From Escherichia coli (GTDB lineage Bacteria > Pseudomonadota > Gammaproteobacteria > Enterobacterales > Enterobacteriaceae), in the NCBI RefSeq assembly GCF_013315695.1, contig NZ_CP054353.1: DNA of 64,000 nt. One strand, 5' to 3'. The stretch's first letter is position 1, and every line of letters begins with the position of its first letter. Of the stretch, positions 35,165-46,192 are shown one piece after another. The translations under genes were made by a program, and so were the position numbers. A model generated the notes under the pieces. The model had not been told where the DNA came from. It did no database searches and worked only from the letters and a program-made list of their open reading frames with translations.

Positions 35165-36847
35165 TTGTTGTTAAGTCTCGGGGTCAACGTGTTGACCCCG
35201 TTGACGGCCTTTGCGGGAGTGCGGTTGCGCTGGCCTGCCATGATGCGACTCACTTGCATCGGCATTCTGGCGCAGTTCGCGCTCCTGCTGCTCGCCTTTG
35301 GCGTACTGACGTATTGTTTTCTCATCAGCGATTTCTCGGTCATTTATGTCGCCCAACATAGCTACAGCCTGCTGTCGTGGGAACTCAAACTGGCGGCGGT
35401 GTGGGGCGGTCATGAAGGTTCGCTGCTGCTTTGGGTGCTGCTGCTTTCCGCCTGGAGCGCGCTGTTTGCCTGGCATTATCGGCAGCAAACCGATCCGCTA
35501 TTTCCGCTGACGCTAGCCGTTTTATCTCTCATGCTCGCCGCACTGCTACTGTTTGTAGTGCTGTGGTCCGATCCCTTCGTGCGGATATTTCCGCCAGCAA
35601 TCGAAGGCCGCGATCTCAATCCGATGCTGCAACATCCCGGTCTTATCTTTCATCCACCGCTGCTTTATCTCGGCTACGGCGGTTTGATGGTGGCGGCGAG
35701 CGTGGCGCTGGCGAGTTTACTGCGCGGCGAGTTTGATGGTACCTGCGCCCGAATTTGCTGGCGCTGGGCACTACCAGGCTGGGGGGCATTAACGGCGGGG
35801 ATCATCCTCGGTTCCTGGTGGGCCTATTGCGAACTGGGCTGGGGCGGCTGGTGGTTCTGGGATCCGGTGGAAAACGCCTCTTTATTACCCTGGCTTTCTG
35901 CCACTGCGCTGCTGCACAGTTTGTCCCTGACACGCCAGCGGGGGATTTTCCGCCACTGGTCGCTGTTACTGGCGATAGTTACTCTGATGCTGTCGCTGCT
36001 GGGCACCTTAATTGTCCGTTCTGGCATTCTGGTTTCGGTTCATGCGTTCGCTCTGGATAACGTCCGCGCCGTGCCGTTGTTCAGCCTGTTTGCACTGATT
36101 AGCCTTGCGTCTCTGGCTCTGTATGGCTGGCGAGCGCGGGACGGTGGCCCGGCGGTGCGTTTTTCGGGGTTATCGCGGGAAATGTTAATCCTCGCTACGC
36201 TGTTGCTGTTTTGCGCAGTGCTACTGATCGTGCTGGTGGGAACGCTTTATCCGATGATTTACGGCCTGCTGGGCTGGGGACGCCTCTCCGTTGGTGCGCC
36301 ATATTTTAACCGCGCAACGTTACCGTTTGGTCTGTTGATGCTGGTGGTGATTGTGCTGGCGACGTTTGTCTCTGGCAAACGCGAGCAGCTTCCGGCGCTG
36401 CTGGCGCATGCGGGCGTGCTGTTATTTGCCGCAGGGATCGTGGTCTCCAGCGTCAGCCGTCAGGAGATCAGCCTGAATTTACAGCCGGGTCAGCAGGTGA
36501 CGCTGGCAGGATACACCTTCCGTTTTGAGCGTCTCGATCTGCAAGCCAGAGGCAATTACACCAGCGAAAAAGCGATAGTGGCACTGTTTGACCATCAGCA
36601 ACGTATTGGTGAACTGACGCCGGAGCGGCGTTTTTACGAAGCACGTCGTCAGCAAATGATGGAACCGTCAATTCGCTGGAACGGCATCCATGACTGGTAT
36701 GCGGTCATGGGCGAGAAAACCGGACCGGATCGTTACGCTTTTCGTTTGTATGTACAAAGCGGTGTGCGCTGGATCTGGGGGGGAGGATTGTTGATGATTG
36801 CGGGCGCATTGTTAAGCGGATGGCGGGGGAGGAAGCGCGATGAATAA
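35165..36847 (+). CDS. nrfE: Haem lyase / CcmF-like NrfE (start codon uncertain; ORF begins with TTG at 35165, GTG at 35189 possible)
   Basis: CcmF-like polytopic protein with WGGWWFWDPVEN motif. Confidence 0.88.
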   Translation: MLLSLGVNVLTPLTAFAGVRLRWPAMMRLTCIGILAQFALLLLAFGVLTYCFLISDFSVIYVAQHSYSLLSWELKLAAVWGGHEGSLLLWVLLLSAWSALFAWHYRQQTDPLFPLTLAVLSLMLAALLLFVVLWSDPFVRIFPPAIEGRDLNPMLQHPGLIFHPPLLYLGYGGLMVAASVALASLLRGEFDGTCARICWRWALPGWGALTAGIILGSWWAYCELGWGGWWFWDPVENASLLPWLSATALLHSLSLTRQRGIFRHWSLLLAIVTLMLSLLGTLIVRSGILVSVHAFALDNVRAVPLFSLFALISLASLALYGWRARDGGPAVRFSGLSREMLILATLLLFCAVLLIVLVGTLYPMIYGLLGWGRLSVGAPYFNRATLPFGLLMLVVIVLATFVSGKREQLPALLAHAGVLLFAAGIVVSSVSRQEISLNLQPGQQVTLAGYTFRFERLDLQARGNYTSEKAIVALFDHQQRIGELTPERRFYEARRQQMMEPSIRWNGIHDWYAVMGEKTGPDRYAFRLYVQSGVRWIWGGGLLMIAGALLSGWRGRKRDE

Positions 36848-37223
36848 AGGGCTTCTCACGCTACTGCTGTTATTTACCTGTTTTGCGCGCGCTCAGGTTG
36901 TAGACACCTGGCAATTCGCCAATCCGCAACAACAGGAACAGGCGTTAACTATTGCCAGCCAGTTACGCTGCCCGCAGTGCCAGAATCAGAACTTACTGGA
37001 ATCCAATGCGCCGGTGGCAGTCAGTATGCGCCATCAGGTTTACAGCATGGTGGCGGAGGGGAAAAGTGAAGTCGAAATCATTGGCTGGATGACCGAACGC
37101 TACGGAGATTTTGTTCGCTATAACCCACCGTTAACCGGTCAGACGCTGGTGTTGTGGGCGCTGCCAGTGGTGTTGTTACTGCTGATGATACTGATCCTCT
37201 GGCGAGTGAGGGCGAAGCGATGA
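36840..37223 (+). CDS. nrfF: CcmH-like thiol-disulfide protein NrfF (127 aa)
   Basis: LRCPQCQNQ motif; overlaps the nrfE stop. Confidence 0.88.
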   Translation: MNKGLLTLLLLFTCFARAQVVDTWQFANPQQQEQALTIASQLRCPQCQNQNLLESNAPVAVSMRHQVYSMVAEGKSEVEIIGWMTERYGDFVRYNPPLTGQTLVLWALPVVLLLLMILILWRVRAKR

Positions 37224-37816
37224 AACAGCCTCAAATACCGGTGAAAATGCTGACAACACTCACGATTTTGATGGTATTTCTCTGTGTCGGCAGTTATCTG
37301 CTTAGTCCAAAATGGCAGGCGGTGCGTGCGGAGTATCAGCGTCAGCGCGATCCGCTACATCAGTTTGCCAGCCAGCAGACCCCGGAAGCGCAGCTTCAGG
37401 CATTGCAGGATAAAATCCGCGCTAATCCACAAAACAGCGAACAATGGGCGTTACTGGGCGAGTATTATCTGTGGCAAAACGATTACAGCAATTCGCTGCT
37501 GGCGTACCGTCAGGCGTTGCAACTACGTGGTGAGAACGCTGAACTGTATGCGGCGCTGGCGACGGTGCTTTATTACCAGGCCAGCCAGCATATGACCGCC
37601 CAGACTCGCGCAATGATCGACAAAGCCCTCGCGCTGGACTCTAACGAAATCACCGCTCTGATGCTGCTGGCTTCCGATGCGTTTATGCAGGCGAATTACG
37701 CGCAAGCCATCGAACTATGGCAAAAAGTGATGGATCTCAACTCACCCCGGATCAACCGGACACAGCTGGTCGAGTCGATTAATATGGCGAAATTGTTGCA
37801 GCGGAGATCAGATTAA
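37220..37816 (+). CDS. nrfG: TPR-containing haem lyase accessory protein NrfG
   Basis: Starts at ATG overlapping the nrfF stop; TPR-like repeats ([25 protein letters not shown]...). Confidence 0.88.
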   Translation: MKQPQIPVKMLTTLTILMVFLCVGSYLLSPKWQAVRAEYQRQRDPLHQFASQQTPEAQLQALQDKIRANPQNSEQWALLGEYYLWQNDYSNSLLAYRQALQLRGENAELYAALATVLYYQASQHMTAQTRAMIDKALALDSNEITALMLLASDAFMQANYAQAIELWQKVMDLNSPRINRTQLVESINMAKLLQRRSD

Positions 37817-38157
37817 TCATCTGGTGATGAAGATTATGTTATTGAGCTGCATAAAAAATAATCGAATGAACATATGCCAAAAATAATCACCAATCAGTAT
37901 TATTGCAGATTAAACAAATAAAAATCTTTCCATAACAAATGGTTATTCATTAATCCTGCCATAAACTCGCGTTATTATGCATTAATGCAGCGAAAAGCTC
38001 TGTTGTTAAAGGGTTGCGCAACATACCGCGCAAATGATACTGATCATAAGCGTTAAAAAAATCTACAAACCAACGCAACACAATTCATGCCCTGGCAGTA
38101 TGTCACGTTCTCGCGTTTCTGAACGGGGAACGGCGCTCCATTGAGGAAGTTATTCTG

Positions 38158-39471
38158 ATGAAAAATATAAAATTCAGCCTGGCCTGGCAGATTCTGTTTG
38201 CTATGGTGCTGGGCATTCTCCTGGGAAGCTACCTGCACTACCATAGCGACAGCCGCGACTGGCTGGTCGTCAATTTGCTCTCTCCGGCGGGTGATATCTT
38301 CATCCATCTGATCAAAATGATTGTTGTGCCGATTGTGATCTCCACGCTGGTGGTGGGTATCGCGGGTGTTGGTGATGCCAAACAGCTCGGGCGTATTGGC
38401 GCGAAAACCATTATCTACTTCGAGGTGATCACCACCGTCGCCATCATTTTGGGGATCACTCTGGCGAACGTCTTCCAGCCCGGTGCCGGGGTGGATATGT
38501 CGCAGCTGGCGACCGTCGATATCTCGAAATATCAGAGCACTACGGAAGCGGTACAAAGCAGTTCCCACGGCATTATGGGCACGATTTTGTCGCTGGTGCC
38601 GACGAACATTGTGGCGTCGATGGCGAAAGGCGAAATGCTGCCGATCATCTTCTTCTCGGTGCTGTTTGGTCTGGGGCTTTCCTCCCTGCCCGCGACGCAT
38701 CGTGAACCGCTGGTGACCGTGTTCCGCTCCATCTCTGAAACCATGTTTAAAGTGACTCATATGGTGATGCGTTATGCGCCGGTGGGTGTGTTTGCGCTGA
38801 TTGCGGTGACGGTGGCTAACTTTGGTTTCTCGTCTCTGTGGCCACTGGCGAAACTGGTGCTGCTGGTGCATTTCGCCATTCTGTTCTTCGCGCTGGTAGT
38901 GCTGGGAATTGTGGCGCGCCTGTGCGGGTTAAGCGTCTGGATCCTGATTCGTATTCTGAAAGATGAGCTGATTCTGGCGTACTCCACTGCCAGTTCTGAA
39001 AGCGTGCTGCCGCGAATTATTGAGAAGATGGAAGCCTACGGTGCACCGGCGTCGATCACCAGTTTCGTGGTGCCGACCGGTTACTCTTTTAACCTTGATG
39101 GTTCGACGCTGTATCAAAGTATTGCCGCTATTTTCATCGCGCAGTTGTATGGCATTGACCTGTCCATCTGGCAGGAAATCATTCTGGTGCTGACGCTGAT
39201 GGTGACCTCGAAAGGGATTGCTGGCGTGCCGGGCGTGTCGTTTGTGGTGCTGCTGGCAACGCTGGGTAGCGTAGGTATTCCGCTGGAAGGTCTGGCATTT
39301 ATTGCCGGTGTTGACCGTATCCTCGATATGGCGCGTACTGCGCTGAACGTGGTGGGTAATGCGCTGGCGGTGCTGGTGATTGCCAAGTGGGAACACAAAT
39401 TTGACCGTAAGAAAGCGCTGGCTTATGAGCGCGAAGTGCTGGGCAAATTTGATAAAACTGCGGATCAATAA
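38158..39471 (+). CDS. gltP: Proton glutamate/aspartate symporter (437 aa)
   Basis: DAACS family signatures in translation; 437 aa. Confidence 0.95.
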   Translation: MKNIKFSLAWQILFAMVLGILLGSYLHYHSDSRDWLVVNLLSPAGDIFIHLIKMIVVPIVISTLVVGIAGVGDAKQLGRIGAKTIIYFEVITTVAIILGITLANVFQPGAGVDMSQLATVDISKYQSTTEAVQSSSHGIMGTILSLVPTNIVASMAKGEMLPIIFFSVLFGLGLSSLPATHREPLVTVFRSISETMFKVTHMVMRYAPVGVFALIAVTVANFGFSSLWPLAKLVLLVHFAILFFALVVLGIVARLCGLSVWILIRILKDELILAYSTASSESVLPRIIEKMEAYGAPASITSFVVPTGYSFNLDGSTLYQSIAAIFIAQLYGIDLSIWQEIILVLTLMVTSKGIAGVPGVSFVVLLATLGSVGIPLEGLAFIAGVDRILDMARTALNVVGNALAVLVIAKWEHKFDRKKALAYEREVLGKFDKTADQ

Positions 39472-39510
39472 TTGAAGATTGCCGGGGATATCCACCCGGC
39501 AATGTGTGGA

Positions 39511-39548
39511 TGCCTGATGCGACGCTTGCCGCGTCTTATCAGGCCTAC
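39511..39548. repeat. REP element between gltP and yjcO
   Basis: tgcctgatgcgacgcttgccgcgtcttatcaggcctac matches the REP consensus GCCTGATGCGACGCT.GCGCGTCTTATCAGGCCTAC. Confidence 0.65.
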
Positions 39549-39549
39549 A

Positions 39550-40239
39550 TTAACCGTTAGTTAATTTTTCAAACTCTTCACACCCGGTATCAAACCCTTC
39601 CATACAGCTCAGATTCAACCAGTGCAGCGCCTTTTGCTTGTTCTTCTCGATAAAACCTTCTTCACCGTTTAAGAACATCATTCCCGCCCAGTACTCGGAA
39701 TAACCGGTTCGGGAAATCGCAGAGCTGCGTTTGAAATACCAGGTTGCCTTGTCATCGTCGGCCTTAATGCCCACGCCGTTGGCGTAAATCAAACCAAGCA
39801 GCATTTGGGCATCGACGGCAGAGTCGTTCTCCAGATCTTCCGAGGCGTTTTCTAACAGCGAAATCGCCTTTGGATAATCCGGTTTACCCGCTTGCGTATT
39901 TACCAGAATATGCGCCAGCGTTACTTCACCTTCTTTACTGCCCGCTTGCGCCGCTTTCTCTGCAAGAACTTTTGCTTGTGGATAGTCCAGACTGACCGGA
40001 TTGGTGATTTTGATCTGCGCTAACAGCGCGCAGGCATCAGCATCACCGCTGTCGGCGGCTTTCTGTGCCCAATATTCGGCTTTGCTCAAATCGCCGGAGC
40101 TAAACCAGCTGTCGGCAAGAAAATATTGTGCGCGTCGGTCCCCGGCCTCTGCTGCCTTTAAATACTGGCTGCCAGGCTCGGAGTCGTTCGCGTGGGCAAA
40201 GAATGTCAAAAACAACATCAATGCGATAATTTTTTTCAT
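39550..40239 (-). CDS. yjcO: Sel1-repeat (TPR-like) periplasmic protein YjcO (229 aa)
   Basis: Signal peptide plus repeated A..G...A...(Y/W)...A motifs typical of Sel1 repeats. Confidence 0.85.
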   Translation of the reverse strand: MKKIIALMLFLTFFAHANDSEPGSQYLKAAEAGDRRAQYFLADSWFSSGDLSKAEYWAQKAADSGDADACALLAQIKITNPVSLDYPQAKVLAEKAAQAGSKEGEVTLAHILVNTQAGKPDYPKAISLLENASEDLENDSAVDAQMLLGLIYANGVGIKADDDKATWYFKRSSAISRTGYSEYWAGMMFLNGEEGFIEKNKQKALHWLNLSCMEGFDTGCEEFEKLTNG

Positions 40240-40295
40240 TTTGATAATACGATTGGGTAGGGAGTAACCAGTATAAAGAGTTCGAATGGATAAAA

Positions 40296-40320
40296 AAACA
40301 GCCTCCGAAAGGAGGCTGTA
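40296..40320 (-). terminator. Intrinsic terminator of fdhF
   Basis: Hairpin cagcctcc-gaaa-ggaggctg preceded on the plus strand by aaaaaaa (U-tract on the minus strand). Confidence 0.6.
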
Positions 40321-40332
40321 GAAAGGACTGTA

Positions 40333-42480
40333 TTACGCCAGTGCCGCTTCGCGCAGGCGAGTTTTCAACTTGTTGTACTCGTCAATCACGTACTGCTCGG
40401 CGGCGCGCTGATCGGCGATCGGCTCGACGCGCACGGCGCAGTATTTGTATTCCGGCGTTTTCGTAATCGGGCTTAAGTTTTCGGTAACCAGCTCGTTACA
40501 GGCACCAATCCACCACTGGTAGGTCATGTAAATCGCCCCTTTGTTCGGACGATCGCTGACCTGCGCACGGGTGATAATTTTGCCTTTACGCGAGTGCACC
40601 CAAACCAATGCCTCATCTTCAATACCCAGACGTTTGGCGTCTTCGGTATTGATTTGTGCGTAGCCAGGTTCATCAGCCAGCGCCGCCAGTGCCGCACAGT
40701 TACCGGTCATCGAACGGCAAGAGTAGTGACCAACTTCACGCACCGTTGACAGTACCATCGGATACTCGTCGGTGAGTTTGTCGATTGGCGCTACCCAGTC
40801 GCAGGTGAAGAACTGCGCCAGACCGTTCGGGGTATCAAACTTCTCTTTAAACAGATAAGAAGTCCCCTGATCGGCATCTGAAGTATCGCGGCAAGGCCAC
40901 TGAATGAAGCCCAGTTCGCCCATTTTCTCGTAAGTCGCACCGTAGAAATCCGGGCACAGATGACGCAACTCATCCCAGATCTCCTGGGTGTTGTTGTAGT
41001 GCATCGGATAACCCATACGGGTGGCGATTTCACTGATGATTTGCCAGTCCGTTTTCAAATCCCATTTCGGTTCAACTGCTTTAAAGAAACGCTGGAAGCC
41101 ACGGTCAGCCGCAGTAAACACGCCTTCATGCTCGCCCCATGACGTTGACGGTAAAATGACATCCGCCGCCGACGCGGTTTTGGTCATAAAGATGTCCTGA
41201 ACGATGACCAGTTCCAGATCTTCAAAGGCTTTACGTACTGCCGACAGCTCCGCGTCAGTTTGTAGCGGATCTTCGCCCATAATGTACGCGGCACGCACTT
41301 CACCATGCTCTGCGCGGTGCGGCAGCTCGCTGATGCGATAACCGGTATGAGCGGGCAGGCTTTCCACGCCCCAGGCTTTGGCGAATTTCTCGCGGTTAGC
41401 CGGATCTTTCACATACTGGTATCCCGGATACGTATCCGGCAGCGCGCCCATATCGCAGGCACCCTGCACGTTGTTCTGACCACGAACCGGGTTTACACCC
41501 GCATGCGGCTTACCGAGGTTACCAGTCAGCATCGCGAGGCTGGTCAGAGAACGCACGGTTTCCACGCCCTGGTAGAACTGGGTTACACCCATGCCCCACA
41601 GGATGGCGGCGCTTTTCGCCTGGGCATACATCCGCGCCGCCTGACGAATCTCACTGGCGCTGACGCCGGTGATATCTTCAACCGACTCCGGCGTGTAGCC
41701 TTCAACGATTTTACGATACTCTTCAAAGCCTTCTGTACGGGAAGCGACGAACGCTTTGTCGTACAGATTTTCTTCAATAATGACATGGCCCATCGCATTC
41801 AACAGCGCGATGTTCGAGCCGTTTTTCAATGCAATGTGCATGTCAGCAATGCGCGCAGTTTCAATTTTGCGCGGATCGCAGACGATAATTTTCGCCCCGT
41901 TACGTTTAGCGTTAATTACGTGATTCGCCACGATTGGGTGGGAATCCGCCGGGTTATACCCGAAAACGAACACTAAATCGGTATTATCAATTTCGTTAAT
42001 AGCATTGCTCATTGCGCCATTACCGACCGATTGGTGCAGACCTGCAACCGATGGGCCGTGTCAGACACGAGCGCAGCAGTCAACGTTATTGGTACCAATA
42101 ACGGCGCGCGCAAATTTTTGCATTACATAGTTGGTTTCGTTACCCGTACCACGCGAGGAGCCGGTCGTCTGGATGGCATCCGGACCGTACTTCTCTTTGA
42201 TGGCGCTCAGGCGCTCGGCAACGTAATTCAGTGCCTCATCCCAGGAAACAGGTTCGAGTTTGCCGCCACGCTGGCGACGGATCATGGGGGTTTTCAGGCG
42301 CGGGGTCAGGATCTGGGTATCGTTAATGAAGTCCCAGCCATAATAACCCTTCAGACACAGGGTACCCTGGTTGGTTTTCCCCTGCGCTGCCTCCGCCCGG
42401 ACGATTTTGCCGTTATCGACGACCAGGTTGATTTTGCAACCTGATGCGCAATAGGGGCAAACCGTGACGACTTTTTTCAT
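40333..42480 (-). CDS. fdhF: Formate dehydrogenase H, selenoprotein (715 aa; in-frame UGA at 42058-42060 decoded as selenocysteine)
   Basis: Two ORF-track segments (42061-42480 and 40333-42012) are in the same frame and separated only by TGA; N-terminus MKKVVTVCPYCASGCKINLVV...; SECIS-like hairpin immediately 3' of the UGA. Confidence 0.95.
42010..42057 (-). other. SECIS element (selenocysteine insertion hairpin) within the fdhF mRNA
   Basis: mRNA sense reads UGA CAC GGC CCA UCG GUU GCA GGU CUG CAC CAA UCG GUC GGU AAU; matches the fdhF SECIS stem-loop by recall. Confidence 0.75.
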
Positions 42481-42529
42481 CGGTCTCGCTCCAGTTAATC
42501 AAATCACGCATACGCGCTCTCGACTACAG

Positions 42530-42547
42530 TATGCATCTTTTATGCCA
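42530..42547 (-). promoter_or_regulatory. Sigma-54 (-24/-12) promoter of fdhF
   Basis: Minus-strand TGGCAT-AAAAGA-TGCATA fits the TGGCAC-N5-TTGCA consensus about 50 bp upstream of the fdhF start; FhlA-dependent by established knowledge. Confidence 0.7.
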
Positions 42548-42677
42548 CATTTTATTTGGGGTCATTCCCTGATATTACGGGCACTATTTATTCAAAACTC
42601 TGACGAAAAACAGGCTGTCGTCAGTTTTGACGTGACGAAACGAAATACCGCGTGACAGCCATCACGCGGTAGACATT

Positions 42678-44144
42678 TTATTTTTTCTCGACGACGGGAG
42701 CCGCCTGATACCCGCCGCCCAGCGATTTCATCAACTGAATGCTTTGGATCACCCGGCGGCTGTCCAGCATCAGTAATGACATCTCCTCGGCAAGCACTGG
42801 CAACCGGGCTTCGGTGGCCTGTAAGCGGCTGGTTAAGCCGCGTTGATAGGCGGCCTCGGCAGCGCGCTGGGTGAAGCGCGTTGCTTCCACGCGTTCAGCC
42901 TGCATCTCTCGCTCGTCGTTAAGCGTTTGCAGACGCGTGCCGTTGACGGCAACGTCGCGCACCGCGTTCAGTACTGACTGGTTGTAACGTTCAATCATCA
43001 TGTTGCTGGCGGCGCGCGTGCCTTCGAGATTGGCATTCAACCGTCCACCGTCAAACAGCGGCAATTTCAGACCTGGGATAAAGTTGAACTGGCGACTGGT
43101 TTTTTTGAATAAGGTATCCAGGTGGATAGAATCCAGGCCGAAAAACGCTTTGATATCAAAGCTCGGATAGAACAGCGCCCGCGCGGAATCCACCTGATCT
43201 AATGACGCCTGAACATACCAGCGCATGGCTTGCAGATCCGGGCGTCTGGCGAGCAACTCATAAGAGAGTGTTGCCGGAATGCCGGTCTGGACTCGCGGTA
43301 ATGCCACCGGTTTGAGCTCCGGCATATCGCTGGCGCCCGCGCCAATCAATGCGCGCAGAGATTCCCGCGTTTCAGTGATTTGCCCTTTAACGGCAGCAAT
43401 TTGTTTATCGACCGCCAGAATCTGTGCCCGCGCGCCGTGGAAAGGCACTTGCGCTTCCAGACCGTGCGCCACTTTACTCTGGTGCGCTTTTACCGCGTAA
43501 TCAATCACATTGCGTGTTTGTTCTAACAGATCGAGCATCTGATAGCTGGCCTGCATACTGTAATAAAGCTGCGCTACGCCCGTGGTCAGCGATAGCTCTA
43601 CTGCTGCGGTTTCTGCCAGCGCGGCATTATGCGCGCCAATGGCGGCGGCAACCGCTGAGCGATGCACACCCCACAAATCGAGATCCAGTCCGGCAAACAA
43701 ACCTACTGTGGCTTCCGTATAGTACGGCCCGTCCATCCCCAGTGCGGGCGCATCCATCGCATAAGGGCTTAAAAAGCCGTTCGCCGAGACGCGTTGGCGG
43801 TTAAGCATCCCTAACGCTGCCACCTGCAACTGTGAACCGGCATCTAACAAATCGGCCTGCGATTGCGCTTTTTCTTCCCGCAGTTTCGCTTCGGCGAGGG
43901 TGTGTGAACCACTTAGCGTCCGTTGGATCAAAGCATCCAACTGCGGGTCATTGAGTTGTTTCCACCACTGCGCCTGCGGCCAGACGGAGCTGGCAAGATG
44001 AATATCATCGGCCAGTTTGATTTGTTCCGGTTTGAGCTGTTGATGAGGCGCAGAATCCTTACGTACCAGGGCACAGCCGGAAATCAGCGTCGTGCTGCCG
44101 AGAATGCTGCACAACAGCAGGCGTGAAAGTTGACGATTGATCAT
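42678..44144 (-). CDS. mdtP: Outer-membrane efflux channel (TolC-like), multidrug resistance MdtP (488 aa)
   Basis: Lipoprotein signal (LISGCAL); OMF family; last gene of mdtNOP. Confidence 0.9.
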   Translation of the reverse strand: MINRQLSRLLLCSILGSTTLISGCALVRKDSAPHQQLKPEQIKLADDIHLASSVWPQAQWWKQLNDPQLDALIQRTLSGSHTLAEAKLREEKAQSQADLLDAGSQLQVAALGMLNRQRVSANGFLSPYAMDAPALGMDGPYYTEATVGLFAGLDLDLWGVHRSAVAAAIGAHNAALAETAAVELSLTTGVAQLYYSMQASYQMLDLLEQTRNVIDYAVKAHQSKVAHGLEAQVPFHGARAQILAVDKQIAAVKGQITETRESLRALIGAGASDMPELKPVALPRVQTGIPATLSYELLARRPDLQAMRWYVQASLDQVDSARALFYPSFDIKAFFGLDSIHLDTLFKKTSRQFNFIPGLKLPLFDGGRLNANLEGTRAASNMMIERYNQSVLNAVRDVAVNGTRLQTLNDEREMQAERVEATRFTQRAAEAAYQRGLTSRLQATEARLPVLAEEMSLLMLDSRRVIQSIQLMKSLGGGYQAAPVVEKK

Positions 44145-46192
44145 TGCGTGGCTCCTTGTGCCTGTTCCGTGGCGGGCGTTAATGCCGGGGCTGTCCAGTC
44201 TGGCAAGCGGGCGAAAAGCTGGCAGACGTGTTGCTCCTGTTTTAATAAGGTCGGCAGGATGGCCTGCGAGGCGGGTGTTTCTTCAAGCGTTATTTGAGGA
44301 GAACGACTGAGTGCGGTTGCCAGACCGGCGGCGTATTTCTCCAGGGCGTCGGCAAACTGACCAGCTCTGTCCGGCTGTAGTGCGTTATCCAGCGCCTGCG
44401 CCGAGTTCCAGGTGGCATCCCAGGCGTGAAGAATATCGCGACCCTGACGAATAACCGTTTGCGAACGTTCAATCAGTAAGGCGCGTTCTTCGCTGTCCAG
44501 TTGACGCTCCAGCGCCACGCGTTGGCACATCTCTTCACAGGCATTAAACGCCGCATGCAGACCTATGCGAATTTGCAGATAAGTGCGCAGAGCCGTGACT
44601 TCCTGCTGCCGTGGGATCCGCATTACTTTACTTAACATACCCAGCGCGCCAGCCAGTTTTTGCGGCAGGGTGCGCGCTTCACTTTCAGGCCAGACAAAGG
44701 TGTAAATCACCGCGGACACCACGGTACCAATAATGATACCCAGGGCGCGATCGCGAATTTCCACCAGGTCGTACACCGGGCCAAAAACGTTTTCGAGCGT
44801 GGCGAGCGCGAAGGTGACCACCATCTGTGTGCCGATATAAGAAGAGCGTTCAGAGCTGGTGGCAATCCATGCGCCCAACAGGAAAATCGGTGCCAGCACA
44901 AACAGCAATTCGACAATATTGTCCAGCCAGGGCATGACCAGTAGCGTGAATAACAGCGCCAGAATCGCGCCGCAAAAGGCCCCGCCAAAACGCAGCACCA
45001 TCTTCTGGTACGACGAACCAACATTCGGGTTAGCGACGATCACGCAGGTCAGCATACAGGTGTGAATGCCTTCCCAGTCCACGCCGCTGTAGAAGGTGTA
45101 ACAGATCAAACAGGCGAGCAGCGTTTTTACCGCGTAGCGCATATAGTCTGGATTGGTAAAAGCGTCGGCGACCATTGATGGCGGTTTGGTGGCGGGCGTT
45201 GGCGGCGTATTCGGGTCCATCTGACCCAGTTGCAACAATGTCTGGCAGATATTCTCCAGGTTACATTCCCGTGCCGCCATCGCTTCACTTTCAGTGATCC
45301 GCCAGTCGCTTTGCCAGCACTGACCTTCGGCAATGGCATGCTGCAGCTTGTTGATTTCTGAGGCTAATTTTTGCCGGAATTCAATAATTGCCTGAGAATC
45401 AGCAAAAGAGGTGGGATCGTAGCGATTCAGCGTCGAGTAAATGTAGGTTACCGTTGCCACACAGCTTTGCCACCATGCGCTCTGAGTACGCCAGTCGGCA
45501 TCGTCCGCGAGGCAAAAGACATTGAGTTTTTGCAGCGCCAGCGCCTCTCTTTCAATCCGCGTTTCGGGTAGCGGTGTGAGGCTGTTCGTCAGGTGGCTAA
45601 TGGCATCATCAAGCCGATCATTAAGCGCCTGATGCATCTGCGTGATAGCGCGGCTGGGAAACCACAGCACGCCGATTAACGTCATCAGCAAGGTTGGATA
45701 GAGGCCAACAACGATACACCACAGCGTTAAGCGCACGACCACTTCCGGATAGTCGAGCATGGCGGGGAAGGTTTGCCCGTAAATGGCGACAATGGCGACA
45801 GCGAAAAAGACCAGTCCCAGCCGATGGGTGCGCATCAAAAACATACATCCCATCAGGATCGGCCCTGCGATGATCAATCGGATCAACGGTTCGCCGTATG
45901 ACCATTTGTAGATCAAAAACAGGCTGCCGATCTCCAGCACCGTGGCAACCACAAACAAGATCGCGACAAATTTGGTGTAAAACGCGTTGGACTGAATACC
46001 GTAAAACAGCACCGCCAGCGATAACGCCACAAAGGGGATCTCGAAGGTCATCGAGATCAGAATCACCAGCAGGCAGCCTACCCAGAGTTGCACGGTCTGC
46101 GGCACACGACCTGGCCGCCGCTCGCTTAACTCTTCATGAAAGAACGCCAGCAGCCTGACCACCGGTAATGGCAGGGAGTTGAGCGCGCTCAT
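44141..46192 (-). CDS. mdtO: Inner-membrane efflux component MdtO (FUSC/AaeB-like, 683 aa)
   Basis: Polytopic ORF overlapping mdtP (ATGA) and mdtN. Confidence 0.9.
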   Translation of the reverse strand: MSALNSLPLPVVRLLAFFHEELSERRPGRVPQTVQLWVGCLLVILISMTFEIPFVALSLAVLFYGIQSNAFYTKFVAILFVVATVLEIGSLFLIYKWSYGEPLIRLIIAGPILMGCMFLMRTHRLGLVFFAVAIVAIYGQTFPAMLDYPEVVVRLTLWCIVVGLYPTLLMTLIGVLWFPSRAITQMHQALNDRLDDAISHLTNSLTPLPETRIEREALALQKLNVFCLADDADWRTQSAWWQSCVATVTYIYSTLNRYDPTSFADSQAIIEFRQKLASEINKLQHAIAEGQCWQSDWRITESEAMAARECNLENICQTLLQLGQMDPNTPPTPATKPPSMVADAFTNPDYMRYAVKTLLACLICYTFYSGVDWEGIHTCMLTCVIVANPNVGSSYQKMVLRFGGAFCGAILALLFTLLVMPWLDNIVELLFVLAPIFLLGAWIATSSERSSYIGTQMVVTFALATLENVFGPVYDLVEIRDRALGIIIGTVVSAVIYTFVWPESEARTLPQKLAGALGMLSKVMRIPRQQEVTALRTYLQIRIGLHAAFNACEEMCQRVALERQLDSEERALLIERSQTVIRQGRDILHAWDATWNSAQALDNALQPDRAGQFADALEKYAAGLATALSRSPQITLEETPASQAILPTLLKQEQHVCQLFARLPDWTAPALTPATEQAQGATQ

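Noticed and set aside
42058-42060. fdhF TGA as a third nonsense mutation
   Set aside because: It falls at the known selenocysteine position and is followed by an intact SECIS hairpin, so it is recoding and not a pseudogene.
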